From NCBI GenBank assembly GCA_965214605.1, contig OZ243961.1:2208001-2272000 (forward strand): a DNA stretch of 64,000 nt. The letters run 5' to 3'. A program made the position numbers and the translations under genes. The stretch is from an uncultured Candidatus Binatia bacterium. Lineage in GTDB: Bacteria > Desulfobacterota > Binatia > Bin18. Every line of letters starts with the position of its first letter. Within the stretch, counting starts at the first letter, position 1. Positions 61,917 to 64,000 of the stretch are shown piece by piece. Under the pieces are notes generated by a model that saw nothing but the letters and a program-made list of their open reading frames with translations, made no database searches and had not been told where the DNA came from.

Positions 61917-62439
61917 GGTAGTTCTTCTTCAGCTTTTGGGCGCACGGGTGGCACCGATGGATTGGCCGCGGGATGCAGCCCAGGAGTTGCCCGGTCAAGA
62001 GCAACGCGCCCTTCTGCGGATTGAACGGCCACGGGATGCAGCCGATGAGTTGACCGCGTGGAGCAGTCGAGGTGCCGTCAGGCGAGTCTTTCAGTGCGGT
62101 GAGGCAGATCTTTCGGTGCCGTTAGGCGAGCGCACTACTGCGTATTTCGGATGGCCGCGAAACATCACGACCGGGTGTCCAAGAAAGCCAGTAAAACTTG
62201 AACGATGCGGGATGCGGCTGGCTTTTTTGTCAGGAAAGAAACCCCGTGAAAACTTCCTGGATGGGGGATGCGGTCGGGGTTTTTGTCAAGGCACCCTACC
62301 TATACCAACCTGCAAGAAATGGCAAACAAAAAAAGGGCTGGTTTCCCAGAGAAGGGAACCAGCCCGTCAAAACGCCAATTTCTTACCTAGTGATGTTATG
62401 CACTTTTGAGTCATTGAGTCATGAACTGGAGGAGAGACG

Positions 62440-62526
62440 ATGAACAGAGAACTCGCAGACCTCTACAGCGATTACCTCTTGAGTTCCTTCGGAGCAACCA
62501 CCGCAACAGGTCTGTGCAATCGGTAG
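62440..62526 (+). mobile_element. IS701-like transposase N-terminal stub
   Basis: GGAGG RBS then MNRELADLYSDYLLSSFGATTATGL*. Confidence 0.55.
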
Positions 62527-62779
62527 TGGCTCAACACGCAGGCACCGCTTCAAGCACCAGCACTCACCACCATGTCATGGAACTGAGGTCTAGTAGTCGC
62601 ATTTTTAGTTGAGCGATGCTCGTGCATACTTCCCCGCTGGCCGTCCGAACCTTACGCCATCACTCGCTCATCCGCAATCGCCCCACATTTTGGTAATGCC
62701 TTTTAAGCCTTGGCTTGATTCTGCCTGACTAGTACACCGTCAGCCTGATGAGGTACGGGCGCCGCTGCCGATGAGCCCG

Positions 62780-63292
62780 CGTCACACGGCCCGCTTTGAT
62801 GCCGAATATGAGCGCAACGGAGTGGGCTGTACTATGCGCCGTTCGAGGATTGGCGCTGGGTCGACGCGGCTGCTGACCACAAGGCGCTGACCTGGGCCGA
62901 AGGGGTTCGCCGGTTGGTCGAAGAAGACTATCCGCGGGCGCAGCACATCACGCTGGTGATGGACAATCTGAGCACCCACAGCGGTGCTTCGCTGTACAAG
63001 GCGTTTGCGCCCGAGCAGGCGCGCGCGTTGTTGGACAAGCTGTCCTTTGTTACACGCCGAAACATGGCAGTTGGCTGAACATGGCTGAGTTGGAGTTCAG
63101 CGTGCTGGCCCGTCAGTGTTTGGCCCGCCGGGTGGCTGACATCGGCACGCTGCACAATCAAGTAAGCGCCTGGACCGAACGCCGTGATCAAACGAGCCAG
63201 CCGGTTCAGTGGCGCTTTACCACCGCTGATGCACGGATCAAGTTGCGCCGCGCAGCTTATATCCGGTCATTAAGAGATTGACGATCTACTAA
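62780..63292 (+). mobile_element. IS630-family transposase C-terminal remnant
   Basis: DAEYERNG, ITLVMDNLSTH, TPKHGSWLNMAELEFSVLARQCL, WRFTTADARIKL across frameshifts. Confidence 0.85.
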
Positions 63293-63424
63293 GTGTTGCG
63301 TCACATCATAGCTTTCGTGTAATAAAGTGATCCGCCGGATGGCGCGTGACACACCGATCAAGGAGGATCACATAGCTGTCAAGCACGTATGGAGTTCATT
63401 GCAATCCATCTCCGCCATGCCTCA

Positions 63425-63620
63425 CAGGCGAGACCGTGCGTTTTGTAGGCTCAGGAATGAACCATGAAGCGTTCGGGCACTCCGCCCGGAACAAGCAATT
63501 GAACGATTCGATGAAGGTATTGTCCGCGGGCTTGCCCAGGCCGCGAAAAGTCCAGCGTTACCCCTGTTTAACGGTATATGGATGTCCAACTGGCGGAAAA
63601 TGAAATGCTTTCTCTTGGAC
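63425..63620 (-). mobile_element. IS3-family transposase integrase-core remnant
   Basis: GVTLDFSRP, GKPADNTFIESFN..FRAEC across frameshifts. Confidence 0.75.
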
Positions 63621-63787
63621 ATGTTTGGAAGGTAGAAGAATTTTAAGCGCGGTCTGACCGCTACGGAAGGCGGCGCGATAGCCGACTACGCGACGTGGGG
63701 CGACCCGGCAGGGCGCTCGACGCCGTTTTGTTTCTCGGGTGGTTGCCGGACAGGGAAGGGCGCGGGCACAAGGGGCTGGGGCAGCCG

Positions 63788-64000
63788 CTATACCCTTATT
63801 TCTTGCCGTATCCTCTTGGTAGCGGCCGGAAGATTGGCGCGAACGATTAGTTCGTTCGCCACGATCACGACAATGCTACCACCACTGTCACGGTAGCGGG
63901 TAATGGCTGAGTCGGCCGGATGGTTTATTGTCAACGGACCCGACAGAGTGATGATGAACTCCTGACCAGTGATCGTCTTTGCCAGTATGGGAGCCGTCAG
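63788..64000 (-). CDS. 3' end of a CDS entering from beyond the window, product unknown
   Basis: Open frame LTAPILAKTITGQEFIITLSGPL..IVVIVANELIVRANLPAATKRIRQEIRV*. Confidence 0.4.
   Translation of the reverse strand: MTAPILAKTITGQEFIITLSGPLTINHPADSAITRYRDSGGSIVVIVANELIVRANLPAATKRIRQEIRV

Larger units (their letters stand above)
55154..64000. mobile_element. decayed genomic island adjacent to tRNA-Leu
   Basis: Starts at the tRNA 3' end; dense TA, IS, intron and phage-like remnants; runs past the window edge. Confidence 0.7.

Noticed and set aside
61964-62056. Two imperfect 30-bp direct repeats 63 bp apart, as a mini-CRISPR or iterons
   Set aside because: Only two diverged copies and no cas genes; spacing is a multiple of three, which fits a decayed coding repeat.
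1-64000. CRISPR array, rRNA, intact integrase or intact transposase
   Set aside because: None seen by eye in this window.

Overview
High-GC bacterial window with three parts. (1) 1-~21,050 is a decayed mobile and defence island. It holds a vapBC-derived PIN domain read in frame into a large protein that ends in an Ig-like domain and an apparent ribosomal protein eL13 (L13e)-like domain. That gene overlaps an intact 1410-aa SF2 helicase with a C-terminal DUF1998 domain (Druantia DruE-like). The island also has Tn3 remnants with cargo genes, a broken two-gene PD-(D/E)xK locus, a tandemly duplicated and reciprocally decayed higBA pair, and a fossil mobilizable plasmid (repA, parA, PaeR7I/XhoI-type R-M, relaxase, mobC, oriT). 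(2) ~21,100-54,000 is intact chromosomal metabolism: xanthine-dehydrogenase-family trio, lysA with a structured leader, acyl-CoA dehydrogenases, LLM oxidoreductase, cyclase-ATPase-TPR protein, MFS, SDR, uppP, thiolase, gspHIJK, amidohydrolase, SLT, putA and a Rieske/P450/PQQ dehydrogenase cluster. (3) tRNA-Leu(CAA) at 55,070 is followed by a second decayed island with TA remnants, a phage-type PAPS-reductase-like gene, an intact PARIS-like ATPase/TOPRIM pair, a group II intron 3' end abutting an IS5 remnant, and IS4/IS701/IS630/IS3 fragments. The best candidate for an undescribed system is the eL13-domain partner plus DUF1998 helicase. Family calls rest on motifs read by eye and recalled consensus sequences; no database search was run.
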